Origin: Camelus ferus
Lineage: Eukaryota
NCBI RefSeq assembly: GCF_009834535.1
Contig: NC_045696.1
Span: 47,370,001-47,434,000 of the forward strand
DNA length: 64,000 nt
Direction of reading: 5' to 3'
The position numbers and the translations under genes were made by a program. The notes beneath the pieces were generated by a model, which was not told the DNA's origin, did not search any database, and was given only the letters and a program-made list of their open reading frames with translations. Position 1 is the first letter of the stretch; the number at the start of each line of letters is the position of its first letter. Shown piece by piece: positions 13,441 to 25,612 of the stretch.

Positions 13441-14897
13441 AATGGTTGAGGATTTACTTCTTACAGATGAACAAAGAAAATGTTTTCTTTAGATGGGATC
13501 TACTCCTGGTGGCAATGCTGTAAAGACTGTTGAAATGACAACAAAGGATTTAGTTTAATAAACTTAGTTGATAAAGCAGCGGCAGTATTTGAGAGGATTG
13601 ATTCCAGTTTGAAAGAATTTCTGCTGGGGGTAAAATGCTATCAAACAGCATTGCATGCTACAGAGAAATCATCCTTGAAAGGAAGAAACATTCAATGTGA
13701 CAAACTTCATTGTTGTCTTATTTTAAGAAATTGCTATAGCCACTGCAGCCTTCAGCAACCAGCACCCTGATTAGTCAGCAGCCATCAACACTGAGGCAAG
13801 ACCATCTACCAAAAAAAAGGGTAATGATTTGCTGAAGGCTTAGATGATGGTTAGCATTTTTTAGCAATAAAGTATCTTTAAATTAAGATATGCACATTGT
13901 TTTTATAGACATATGCTACATTGCACACTTAATAACCTGCAGTATAGTGTAAGCATAACTTTTATATATGCTGGGAAACCAAAAACTTTGTGTGACTTGC
14001 TCTATTGCAAAATTTACCTTATTGAGGTAGTCTGGAACCAAAACGTCAGTGCCTCTAAGGTATGCCTGTAATTGTTTCTTTGCTTTGGCCATTTCGGCTT
14101 ATGAAAGTTTTCATAGGAATGCTCTACTTTTGGATAGCGGGGCAACTTATACATAACTATACTAGATATGTTCATTATGGACTACCAAATATCTTGTCAA
14201 CTCAGTTATTCAGGTACACTGGAACCAAGGAAGGAGTTGATAATTCAAAATTGTAGAATCAAGTTGGCACTGGCCATTGATCAGTGAAATGCAAAAATCC
14301 TCTTAGTATACAGACAATAAAGGAAAACAAATATATAAGTACATCATGGAATCTGTGGAGAAGGAGACCTGAAGTTTCTTGTAAACAAGAGTAGTAGAAA
14401 TTAATACTGTAATTTATATGAGAGTAACTGATACTTTTAATAAAAGGGTGATATATAAGAGTAATGCTCAATTAAATATGTGTTAAGTGTCACTGATATT
14501 ACCTGTATTTAATAGATTGCCTTTATAGGTTTATTTTAATGAAAATAAAATTTAGGGCTTTTTAACATTTTCTCCCAATTGTGATCTCCATAACATGTTT
14601 TCTTCTATAAGATTCTTAATGTATCAGTCTGCTTTCTCTTTACATGTAAATTTTCAAGAACTCTTGTAATTAGTATAGGATTCCATAAATGAGAATTATA
14701 TGTACCCTGTCTTGGGATGTAACAATAGGTAAAAACTCAGCCACAGCACTCACTTCCAATATCTGAATAAATGATTTTCATGTTTTGTTTCATGACTCAG
14801 TGGTAGATTACAGAATCAATTTGGTGGGTCACAACTACCATTTTTAAAAAGGAAATAGAATTAGTATGAAAAAAAAATTCCAGAGTTTATCATGTAT

Positions 14898-15278
14898 TGT
14901 TTTAGTCAGTTTGGGCTGCTATAGCAAACTACCATAGACTGGGTGACTTAAACAACAAACATTTATTTTTCACAGTTCTGGAGGCTAGGAAATTCACGAT
15001 CAAGGTGCCAGCAGATCAGTGTCTGGTGAAGGACCTCTTAGTTTGCAGACAGCTACCTTCTTGCTGTATCATCACATGGTGGAGAAAGAGAGTGAGCCAG
15101 CGCCTATAAGTGAGCAAGCTAGCTCTCTGTGTAATGGCACTGATCCCATCATGAGGACTCCATAACCTCATCTAAACCTAATTACATCCCAGTGGCCATA
15201 CCTCCAACTACCATCACATCAGGGGTTAGGGTTTCAACATAAGAATTTTGGAGGCACGCAAACATGCAGTCCCTAACA
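14898..15278 (-). mobile_element. MaLR solo LTR (MLT1A-like), nested in an older DNA-transposon remnant (~14790-15420)
   Basis: tgttttagtcagtttgggctgctatagcaaactaccatagactgggtgacttaaacaac...gttagggtttcaacataagaatttt...ccctaaca; TG...CA ends. Confidence 0.85.
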
Positions 15279-15496
15279 CATGTAATATGGGTATGGTTTA
15301 TTTCATGGAACTTATATTTTAGTTTTATGCTTATGTATAAAGATATACATGTAAGTGCATTTAAATCATGATTTAAAATGTGCTTATTTTGGTTGTGGTT
15401 AGAAAGCTTGAGAAACACTGACATAAATGCAGTCAGATCACTACGCTGTATTAACATAGTTGATAGAGAGTACTAATTCTTGATGTTATTTTTCAG

Positions 15497-15522
15497 AATA
15501 AGGAATCAAAAGAAGAGCACAT
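15497..15522 (+). CDS. DZIP3: DZIP3 coding micro-exon, 26 nt (NKESKEEH(I))
   Basis: Acceptor tttttcag|, donor AT|gtaagt. Its phase 0-2 is required to link the 2991 and 17820 exons; resembles human NKDSKEDQV. Confidence 0.88.
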
Positions 15523-16494
15523 GTAAGTATTAGTTTATTTAATTTTTAAATTTTTCTTTGTAGTTTCAAAGTGTGCTTTGCCAGTATGACACAGCCTTGC
15601 TTTGGAAATTGTTCTCACTAAGAGAAGAAAGTTTTTTGTCCTAATAAGTTGTCAAGTTTTTATTTAAAGTGACAAAAGTTTAAATTATCATTTACTTTGG
15701 GAGAATAGGATCCCTCGCCATTTTTCCATAAGGTTACTCAAGTCATTCAATGCTAACTGCTTTATTCAAGGACTAATTTGGGTCTAGCATAAAATGTTTT
15801 TAAAATATAGTCTAAACTGTAGTTAACCAAATATAGACTAAATAAGACTTAACCTTAAAGACAGATTATTGTTTGTCCCAATGACCTCTTTTACAAGAGT
15901 TTGATTTGGTTTGGTTTGTTTAATTAACCTGAGGTGTTTTTGTTTTTAAAATCGCAGTTGTTAACAGTGAATTTTGAACCTTTACTGGAAACCTCTCAAT
16001 GTCTAAAAATCACTGTGAGCTATATTCTACAACCATATGATTGATGACAGTGTAGTAGAGGAAGGAAGTAGGGGAGATACTACATGAAGAGATCATTACA
16101 CCCACCAAAATGTTTGTTAACTGAAAATTACTGACTTTAGGAAATTCACTGTGAGGTCATAACTTAAGATATCTTTAAAATGTTAACAAGAACATAGTTT
16201 GTTAACTTTAAAGCTATCACTTGTGGTTGACATTTTCTCATTGTTAATGGACATGATCCATTTAAAGTTAATAGTTGATCATCCAAGATGGGTTTTCACC
16301 TTCTGTGTCAACGACTTGAGCCACTAAAGCAATAATTTGTGTGTGTGTGTCTGTTCATTTGTTTGTGTCAGGCTATGTCTAGATAGTATAAAAATAACTT
16401 ATTTAAGAATGTGCAGCATTATCAGTCATTTGCTCACTCTGACTACAGTGTAGACCCAAACCTGGATGATCATCAAATCATCCAGGGAGCTTTG

Positions 16495-16780
16495 TTTTCA
16501 AATGAGAATTTTCAAGCATACACAAAAGTAAAGAATAATATGTCTACATTAGTATATATTTATCATCCTGATTCAACAATTATCACTATTTTCCACATTT
16601 GCTTCATTCTTCCCTTAACATTTTGTTCTTTTTTTTTTTTTTTTTTAGCATTTTTCAGTGTCAAACATCATATAACTTTACTCTGCATGCTTTGGTTTGC
16701 ATCTCTTATTAATAGAAATATTTTCTTGTGTTATCACAATATTATTATCATACTTTAAAAAGTTAGGAATAATCTTTTGA
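16495..16780 (-). mobile_element. Old L1 (L1MC/ME) 3'-end fragment within a MER5-like remnant
   Basis: gagaattttcaagcatacacaaaagtaaagaataat...cctgattcaacaattatc motif. Confidence 0.55.
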
Positions 16781-17819
16781 GGCCTTTCAAAAATATAAAT
16801 TCATAGTTTTAGAGGCATAGGGGTGTCAGGGAAAATGTAATTTTTAAAAAGATCTTTAAGTAATTTGAAAACTAACTGTGTTTTGGAACTAGTGGTCTAC
16901 GTAAGCAATTGATTTCATTGAACTTTCCAAAATGTTTGAGTCAGTCTAGGATACCAGAGTGATACCTGATGACTGTTTTATAGTGTTTTACAAGTTACTG
17001 TATAAGCATTAGATGTCATTTTTTCAAGGTCTCAGTGACCGAAAATAAGTGATAATGTATCAGAGTTATCTATTTTCTTTCTGTTCACTAAAAAATTAAG
17101 TAATTTGTATCATGCTATAGATGAAAGTACTATTTCTTGTTACTATTTATTCAGTGGCATTAGGAAGGAAATTCATAGCTACTAAATAGTAGGCCAACTG
17201 AAAGGATAGTAGCATACATTTAAATTTTAGACATACGTATAAAAATGAGTTAATTGCCATTATACATGTAATATTTTCGTTCTTTTTTCAATGATTCCTA
17301 GTTAGTGAAATTCATTATCACTGCAGTTTTTTTTTTAAGTGCTATTACAAAAGAAACCTCCATTTTAAATCTACTTTATGTCACTAGTCGCAGCCCTCTA
17401 CTTAAATGTACACTGGACCTAAGAACTGAAGTTAATTAAACCAACCTGCTTGTCAAGAATGATAAAATAATATAACAGACATGGAAATGTTTGTCCATAC
17501 TTCTCAAATTATTGTTTCTCAAAGTAACTGATGTTAATAGTTGTAATTTGAAAAATGAACTCCGTGGTTTCATAATTCTTGAAAACCCTGGGATGAACAT
17601 AATAGGTACCTTGATTGAGTGCTATCTCAAATATGCTAAAATTCTTTGTTAGTCTTCAAAAGAAATACACAGTATGAGCACTGTCCAAACTTTCTTTGAC
17701 TATGAACCCTTCTGATCTGAGCATCCATGAGACCAGTACAATTAATTTAGGAAGTAGTGACTTAGATGAAAAGCACTATACAATTATAAAAGATCACATT
17801 AATTATGTCACCACTATAG

Positions 17820-17985
17820 CCCAGAAATTGTAGGAAGAGAAGAGCAGCTGAAGAAAGAGCAAGCAAATCTCTACCCAGTCAGTAGATTTATGAAAGATGA
17901 TGCAAGCGATATTCAAGAAGATTCTGCAGCTGAAGACAAGTTTTATAGCCTGGATGAATTGCATATTCTGGACATGATAGAGCAG
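17820..17985 (+). CDS. DZIP3: DZIP3 coding exon (PEIVGREEQLKKEQ...DKFYSLDELHILDMIEQ)
   Basis: Acceptor cactatag| (the only nearby AG that keeps frame), donor CAG|gtaagc; 166 nt. Confidence 0.92.
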
Positions 17986-19039
17986 GTAAGCCTGACTGGA
18001 GAGGGTACAGTCCTGCCTTCCTTCTTCCAGAAAAATTGTTAACCTCTTTCCCCCCATGACTCTTTGAACAGCTTGTTAACCTGGTGGTTTATGTTGTATT
18101 TGTAAGGGAAAAGACAAAACAGGAAAGGAGGTATAGGGGGATGAGTGACATAAAGAAGAACTCTAGAAGCTGGAAAAGTTTCACTTTAGTCCTCAAACCA
18201 TTTCCTGATTTTAAGTATTGGGCAGAGTTGATTACAAATGCATTCCTTGTAAAGAATTTTCAAATACCACAAGGAAGAAAAAAATACCCTGATGTAATCC
18301 CACTGGATTAAATTTCATGAGAAAAATAGTTTTATTAAACAAAGCTACTTTCATTTTTTAAAAATTAAACCTGGTTGTTACCATGAAATGTCTACAAGAA
18401 ATATTAATGAACAATATTTTTGGTTCCTTTCCATGTGGTAGTCAGTGCTGGTAGTGACATACCTATATATGAAGGTGCATATGAACATGATTTAAGTGCT
18501 CAGTAGAGCACTTAATGACACAAAACATATGAAAGATTTTTTTTTAAACCACTTTATTTATATACCCATGAGAATTCTGTACTGAGGTAATTTTATGATA
18601 AACTGTTCCCTGGTTTAAGTATAATGATACATAGTGTATAGTAATATTGATTGTCTAAGGGTACAGTTAGTACAAATGATTCCCTGTCTGATAGTACATT
18701 AGTATAATTGTCATACCTTTTTGTCTCCTTTTCAATTAAAAAAATATATATTTTTTAACTGAAATGATACATTCTAAGCTTTGGATATCACACTAAAGTT
18801 TAAATGTGGGGCCTTTGTTTTTAATTCAATAGCTGTGAGAACTCAGAATCACAGTGTCGCACACCTTTTGAAAAATTTTCATTCATTTATTCAAGAAATA
18901 CTTAGCACCTGCTTTGTGTCTAGAGCTATGCTAAGACATGGTCCCTGTGATCATACTGTTTATAATCCAGTGGAGAAGTTGAACATTAACTTAAGGTGGT
19001 AATTACTAAGGTAATAATTAAGTACTTGGGTAATTAATA

Positions 19040-19200
19040 CTGCCTGAGTTAGAATTCTGGCTTCTCCACTTACTCTGTGACCGTGCGCAAGTTACTCAAT
19101 TTTATCATCTCTAAAACAGGAGTAATGAGTGCCTACCTCATATGGTTCTTATGACAAAAAAGCACTACAAAAAAGCTTTGAAAATGGTAAGTATGTCTAA
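19040..19200 (+). mobile_element. MIR SINE fragment
   Basis: ctgcctgagttagaattctggcttctccacttactctgtgaccgtgcgcaagttact...tcatctctaaaacaggagtaat MIR core. Confidence 0.7.
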
Positions 19201-19422
19201 TGTTATCCAGTAGTCGCAGCAGTAGCCAAGTATGGTATGGTTTACTGACTGTAACTGGGGAGAGATGGGTTTATCTAAACAAGTCAGAAGTGAAGTTTGC
19301 AGTGAGACGTATAATGCATGAGAATCAGTCAGATAGCAACTTTAAATCCCCTTAAATAACTATAATATTAGTGCTTTTTTTAAAGAGGAAAATAAAGCAT
19401 ACATATTCTACTTGCTCAATAG

Positions 19423-19518
19423 GGCTCAACCAACAAGGTAACTACAGAATATGGAGAAACTGAAAAGGAAAAGCTTGCTCGACAACGGCAGCTTTATAAA
19501 TTGCACAATCAGTGTGAA
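19423..19518 (+). CDS. DZIP3: DZIP3 coding exon (GSTNKVTTEYGETEKEKLARQRQLYKLHNQCE)
   Basis: Acceptor ctcaatag|, donor GAA|gtaagt; 96 nt. Confidence 0.95.
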
Positions 19519-19670
19519 GTAAGTACTTTTGCCGTTATATCTGAGGCAAGTTAGAGGTAGTTCAGATGTTAAGTTTCATGGTATATATTTTTAAAGAGTC
19601 CATTTTTTTTTTCTTTAAATTTCTGGTGACTTGAACAGAATTAATTGAAGTAGTATTTTTCATTGATTAG

Positions 19671-19798
19671 GACTTCAAAAGACAATTGAAAACAGTGACT
19701 TTTCGGTGGCAAGAAAACCAAATGCAGATTAAAAAGAAAGACAAAATTATTGCATCTCTTAACCAACAAGTGGCTTTTGGAATCAATAAGGTGTCTAA
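19671..19798 (+). CDS. DZIP3: DZIP3 coding exon (DFKRQLKTVTFRWQENQMQIKKKDKIIASLNQQVAFGINKVS(K))
   Basis: Acceptor tgattag|, donor AA|gtaagt; 128 nt; coiled-coil region. Confidence 0.96.
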
Positions 19799-19878
19799 GT
19801 AAGTGCAAATCTATTGATAAAGGGAAATTCTGGGTTTGTTCCATAGCACACTATGTTTAAAAGATAATCCTTATGTAG

Positions 19879-19891
19879 CCACTAGGTGGCA
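19879..19891 (+). promoter_or_regulatory. Candidate CTCF binding motif
   Basis: CCACTAGGTGGCA fits the CTCF core consensus CCASYAGRKGGCR at every position; in unique intronic DNA. Motif only. Confidence 0.5.
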
Positions 19892-21049
19892 TTGTGACCA
19901 CACATTAGGAACTGCCAACCACAGGACTGTATTTGCTTAAAAATAAACTCCATTTTTGCCTTACCAACTGGATTGAGAAATAAGCAACTGCTCACTCTAT
20001 ATATCAAGCTTTTCATTTATTGGCTGAATAAGTATGAAGATAATAGAATTACATGAGAATGATAGTCAACTTTCCGGTTATGACTTTAATTTGTAAAAAT
20101 GTAGCTAGCAATTGGCTGTTTCTTTATAGCATATGATAAGTACATTCCTCAAAGAGATCACTGACTCACTTTCATAGGTTTTAATGTTGGTCTCTCAGAA
20201 TATTTGTGTACTAAGCACAGGAGATTGAGAACAAATCGAATTCCTGGAGAATCTTCACCCTATCAATCTCATTTCTCGTACAAATTTAAGTATTAAATGC
20301 CTAAGATTAAAACTCTGATTTAATAGGGGAAAAAATAAGTACCCTACTCTATTCTTTTTATACTGTTTCCTTGAACCATTATCAGGTGAAATTTGTAATA
20401 TAATTTGTAGCACATTATTTTAATCAAAAGTAATACCACAAAGCACCAGTCATCTCTGAAGTCTAATTTGAAATCTATTGCAGTACCTAGACTGCTAGTA
20501 GGAGAATAGACTAGTTCTAGGGAATATCTTAATGTAAGGAGTCCAAAATGCCATTTTTAAAATTGGAATAATATTTGGTCTTAAATTTTCTCCCACTGAG
20601 CATATCATCCAACCTGAAGGGGTTTTTAGGAAGAAAAGGATGCCACAGCTCTGGCAATATGATATCAGTTGTAAACACTTTCAGGTTTGCTTCTGCTGGT
20701 GTTAGAGAAATCTATGAAGTTCAGAAGAAGGTGAGGGCCTAGAATTATTTGGGAAAACTAAGCTGGCTGAAACCACTTAAGAAACCACACTTCGTGATTC
20801 AAAACTTTTAACCTGGAAGGTAATGACCAATCCAGAAATATGTTACACAGTATCAGATCAGAAAAGTAATGCCATCCATTAAGATTAGCTGCCTCTCTTC
20901 TTTACTATCTGAGATTCCCTCTTCAACTCTGATACCTCACCCAAGCATCCTTGTATGCTCATTCCCTACACTGTAGGGAATGTATATGGCTTCATACAAT
21001 GACCATTCAGTGTTGCACACTTGGACACAGGTAGTGCACTCTGACAAAA

Positions 21050-23190
21050 GATGGCAGAAATCAGATTCCCCTGCTGGGGTAGCATTATTGAGCAGGCAGC
21101 TAATCTTCCATTCCTCACCAGGTGGAAGCAAGTAGTACTCCAGTTTCTCTGCCAGGATAGCATCAGTGTGGTCCAACTGTGAGCTAAGCTTCTACCTCAA
21201 CCTGGTATCAAAGAGACTTAACAAAGTGACCTGAAGTGGGACTAGTCAATACTAAGCTTTATCCCTACTCTCACGGGGAGCTGAGTCTCCACCCCAGGGC
21301 CAATTGGTGCTCCATTTTTCTCCTCTTCCCAGCTGATGTTGAGGGGCCCAACAGGGAGCTTCTGCCTCTCTCCACCCTACAGCAACATAGCAGTGTGAGT
21401 CAGCCCTTCTGCATGTCACTTGAAGTAAGAAAAGATCAATACCAGTAGACGTATGTATGCATATTGTAATACCTAGTACAGCTACTAAGAAAGCTGCATA
21501 AATAGATACTAAAACACTATATAAATAAATTAAGGTAGAATCCTAAAAAATGTTCATATAATGCATAAGGTTAGAAAAGAGAAACAGAAGAAACAAACAA
21601 AACAAATAATAAAATGGCAGACCTAAGCCCTAATATATCAATAATTACCTTTAATATAAATGGCCTAAATATATCAGTTAAAAGACAGAGACTGGCAGAG
21701 TGGATTTTAAAAACAAAACAAAAAAATATGATCCAATAGTGTGCTGTTCACAAGAAACACATTTCAGTTTCAATAATATAGGTAGGTTGCAAATAAAAGA
21801 ATGATAAAAGATATACCATGTAAACATTAATCAAAAAAGCAAGAGTGGCTATATTAATATCAGATAAAATGGACTTTGGAGCAAAACTACAGAAGACAAA
21901 GAGGGACATTACCTAACAATAAAAGGATCAGTCCACCAGGAAGATATAAGAACCTAAAGGTGTACATACCAAACAACAGAGCCTCAAAATATATGCAGCA
22001 AAACCAGACAGAACTGAAAGGAAAAAGAAAAATCTACAATTATACTTGGTGACTTCAGTTCCCTATTCACAGCAGTTTATAAAATGCTAGACAAAACAGC
22101 AAGGATCCAGACCTCTACAACACCATTAATCAACAGGATCTGATTGATGTTTATAGGCCACTCCACCAGACAACAGCAGAATACATATGCTTTCAAATGC
22201 CCACAGAAAGTATACCAAGATAGACCATATCCTGGGCCGTAAAACAAACCTCAACAAATTTAAAAGAATTAAAATTATGCAAAGCATGTGCTCAGATTAC
22301 AATGGAATCAAACTGGAAATCAGTAACAGAAAGAAAACAGGAAAATCTCCAAACACTTGGAAACTACACAACACACTTCTCACTAATCCACGTGTCGAAG
22401 AAGTGTGAAGAGAAACAAAAATACATTGAATTGAATTAACATGAAAATACAATATGTCAAAGTTTGTGGGACACAGCTAAAGCAGCCTAAGATTTATAGC
22501 ATGAAAGTGCGCATTAGAAAAGGGGGAAAGTCTCAAATGTATAATACAAGCTCCCATCGCAAGAACCCAGAAAAAGAAAAGCAGAATAACCCAAACAAGC
22601 AGAAGGCAGGAAATAATAAAGGTTAGACATAATGAAATTGGAAACAGAAAAAACAGTACAGAAAATCCATGAAACAAAGAGCTGTTTCTTGGAAAAGATC
22701 AATAAAATTGACAGACCTCTAGCAAACCTGACAAAAAAAGAGAAGATAGAAGTTAACACTGTCAGGAATGAAACAGTGATATCACTTCAGACCCTGAAGA
22801 CATTAGAGAATTATTTTGAGTGAAAAAAACCAATACCCAAAGCTTATAACTATATGATCCCATTTCTATAATGTTCTTGAAATGACAAATTTTCAAATAG
22901 TTTAAAAATGACAAAATGATAAAAATGGAAAACAGGTTAGATTAGTGGTTGCAAAGTTATATGGAGGAGGTAGAAGTGGGAGGGAAGTGGGTGTGGCTAT
23001 AAAAGGGCAAAATAAGGGATCCCTGTGGTGATAAAGCTTCAGTATCTTGAACTGTATCCTGGTTTTTACACTATCATTTTGCAAGATGTTACCATTGAGG
23101 GATAAAGGGCACATAGTATCTGTCTGTATCATTTTTTAAACACCTGTGTGTGAATCTATGTTTATCTGAAAAAGCTTAAGTTTTTTTAAA
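21050..23190 (+). mobile_element. Old L1 (L1MC/MD-like), internally deleted: 5'-region-like piece, endonuclease region, 3' UTR
   Basis: ORF-track 22187..22408 (KIDHILGRKTNLNKFKRI...SDYNGIKLEI) and 22632..22823 are ORF2 N-terminal; jumps at ~22805 to an L1MC/MD-type 3' UTR. Confidence 0.85.
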
Positions 23191-23735
23191 AGTACATATA
23201 AATAGCTGTCAAATGGAGCTATACTTAATAGGGATCTTGTGGGGGTAAAAAGAGTACTTTGGATTGTCGTGATAAGGAAGAACTTCATTGAAGACATAGT
23301 ATTGAACCTAAGCTAGGTAGTGGGTAGGGTGAGATGGAGAAAGGGCGGAGAGGAAAGCGTGAGTGTTGTGTGTGTTCTCCTACAGGCTCCTGAGCCTTTC
23401 TTTGTTTATTTCACCTGGTCATGTCCCAAGAGTAGGTGATAAAAATACAAATATCCTTTAATTGTAAAATGTTGATTTTTTTTCATCTTAGAACATCTTG
23501 TATATTAGGGAGCAAAAACGTCTTTTTTCTTTGACCTAATTCAGTGCCAATCCTACAGTAAGTATTTGGTAAATATATATTGATAATTGCAGATTTATAT
23601 AAAAATGACATTTTTGCACAAATTACAATAAACCATAAATGTTAAGAAACTGCTATCAATAAAATTTATATTAAAAAGTTGATAGCCAGCCAGAGTAAGA
23701 GTGAGAACTTTAGATCTTTTAGAAAAGAAAATCTA

Positions 23736-23833
23736 GGGTAGGGGGTGGAATATAGATCAGTGGTAGAGTGTGTGCTTAGCATGCCCAAGGTCCTGGGTTC
23801 GATTTCCATTAAAAAATTTTTTTTAAAAAGGAA
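23736..23833 (+). mobile_element. tRNA-derived SINE (camelid Vic-1-like)
   Basis: A-box-like tagatcagtgg, B box ggttcgatt; perfect 15-bp TSD agaaaagaaaatcta (23721-23735, 23834-23848) preceded by tttt. Confidence 0.88.
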
Positions 23834-25181
23834 AGAAAAGAAAATCTAATTTTACCTAATGATGGTATTCATGAGAAAAATGGGACTAAGAAGTTATGAC
23901 TACCTAAAGATACACAGCTGGTTCATATATGAACTGGTTGATAGGAACTATGCCCACCTTGTCCTCTGTTATTTAAGAATCTAAGTCTCCTAAATTCCCC
24001 GCCAGCTTTGTCAATTCTTATAGCCGACTCTAAACTAGAGCTGGGTAAAACAGTGAAGTAATGGAAGTACACAAGGGAAAGAAAGGTGTCGGTGTTAGAA
24101 ATCGTACACGTTACTTTTCAATTCTCTCTACATACTCCTGTATACTATAGTAAAAGCTTGTATTTCTCATTCTTTACTTGAGAACATGACCTCTTTTGTA
24201 TAGAAAGAGACCTGGTTTCTTTTCTTTGCATTTTCAGTCAAATACAACATTGATTGTAAGTCTCCACAGCTCCTGAGAAGCTTAAAGGTGAATAGGTAGT
24301 CTCTGAAAGACAGTGGTGAGCAATCCAGCCAGCATTTAAAGTCATCATTTTAAGGCTTTATCATTTCGTTAATTTATATAAACCAAAACTCGTATGTATC
24401 CCCAGTAACTGAATATACCAGAGACTTAAAGAGAAATGTACTTTTGCTATAATCTCTTCATATTGAAGCAGATTAGCAGGTTAATGTAAAAACTTGTTTG
24501 TGAAGAGAAATACAGCATAAGAGATGGAACATCAAAAATGGTATGTGAATATATGTTAACCAAAAGGTAATACTTTGCATTTCTCTTAATAGCTTTTTGC
24601 ATTTTGGTTTTAAGCTAATCACTGGTTATGTGTTCTGATTTATACAAAATTTTTATCCACTCTTCTGTTGGTTAGGTCATGTGAGTAACTCCCCAGTTAT
24701 AATTTATAGTTTTAATTAAAATTCTTATTTGCACACAGCTTTATTACTTCTGAGTTTAAGGTCTGATTTCTTTCACACCTTAAGTCTTTAATAGTTTGCT
24801 TGACTTGATGTAATCTCTTTAAGGAACTTAAAGTTCTCAATCCCACCATAGGCCTTAGAACATCATAAGATACCATCTCGTTTTCTAGTGGGTAAACTAA
24901 AGAACAAATAGCTAAAGTAATTTTTCTGAGTTGTTGAGCTGGGGATACAATATAACTCTTCTTTTTGGCTTTCTAATTTACAGAGTTAGAATTTAGTTCT
25001 TTGTGAAGAAAGATAAAGATAAATTTCAGAAGGATTAGGTAGGGGAGTCCAGTTATTTTCAGGCTCAAGATTTGTGGCCCAAAATGGGACATACTTAGTC
25101 CCTCATCAGCTATAAGTAGAGTTGTCCTATTAATGACAAATAATTTCTGACATTTTATGGCATTCTTTCTTCTTTTCTTAG

Positions 25182-25250
25182 ATTACAGCGTCAAAGCCAT
25201 GCTAAAGATAATGAAATCAAGAACCTTAAAGAGCAGCTTTCTATGAAAAG
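25182..25250 (+). CDS. DZIP3: DZIP3 coding exon (LQRQSHAKDNEIKNLKEQLSMK(R))
   Basis: Pyrimidine tract plus ttag|, donor AG|gtaaca; 69 nt, phase 2-2. Confidence 0.95.
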
Positions 25251-25324
25251 GTAACAAACAGCTGTTCCTTTGGTTGAGTGCACCCTGTCTGAAACTCTGT
25301 GATTCCACTCAGCTTATTCGGCCA

Positions 25325-25445
25325 GGATAGCCAAATAACTTATCATCCAAACTGGGGGACTTTTGAGCATGATACTGAGCAGTATTAATAGTTACACTGG
25401 GACAGCAGGTGTCAGGGGAAATGTCCTAGGCAAGTGTTTGCCTTA
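25325..25445. mobile_element. Short hAT-Blackjack-like DNA transposon remnant (MER81/MER94-like)
   Basis: ggatagccaaataacttatcatccaaactgggggacttttgag...tattaatagttacactgggacagcagg; a reverse-oriented relative sits at ~47590-47705. Confidence 0.5.
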
Positions 25446-25612
25446 GCTCTGGCCTTGGAAAACTGCAGAGAGTGATTAATCAGCAAAGTTATAGTCCATA
25501 ACAAACTGCCATCAGGGATTAGGGCTTATGAATTCCTTCCTCTTTACCCTAATCAATACTACTAGGTGCGACTGCTTTATGAAACTGGCTATGTTTTGTT
25601 CTGATTGACGTA

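Larger units (their letters stand above)
9228..14068 (+). mobile_element. Essentially full-length Tigger1-type (TcMar-Tigger) DNA transposon, interrupted by an L1
   Basis: TA|caagtatcccccg... left end and ...aaggtatgcctg|TA right end; internal degraded transposase region from ~12087 (aagtgaaaggaagagttgcaggtctctcactttaaatcaaaagctagaaatg). Confidence 0.92.

Noticed and set aside
18492..18515. Perfect 10-bp hairpin ttaagtgctc-agta-gagcacttaa containing an AAGUGC seed-like word
   Set aside because: The stem is far too short and the flanks pair poorly for a pre-miRNA; compatible with chance.
23740..23810. tRNA gene (also 33680-33750)
   Set aside because: Has A/B boxes but no intact acceptor stem, plus A-rich tails and TSDs, so it is a SINE.
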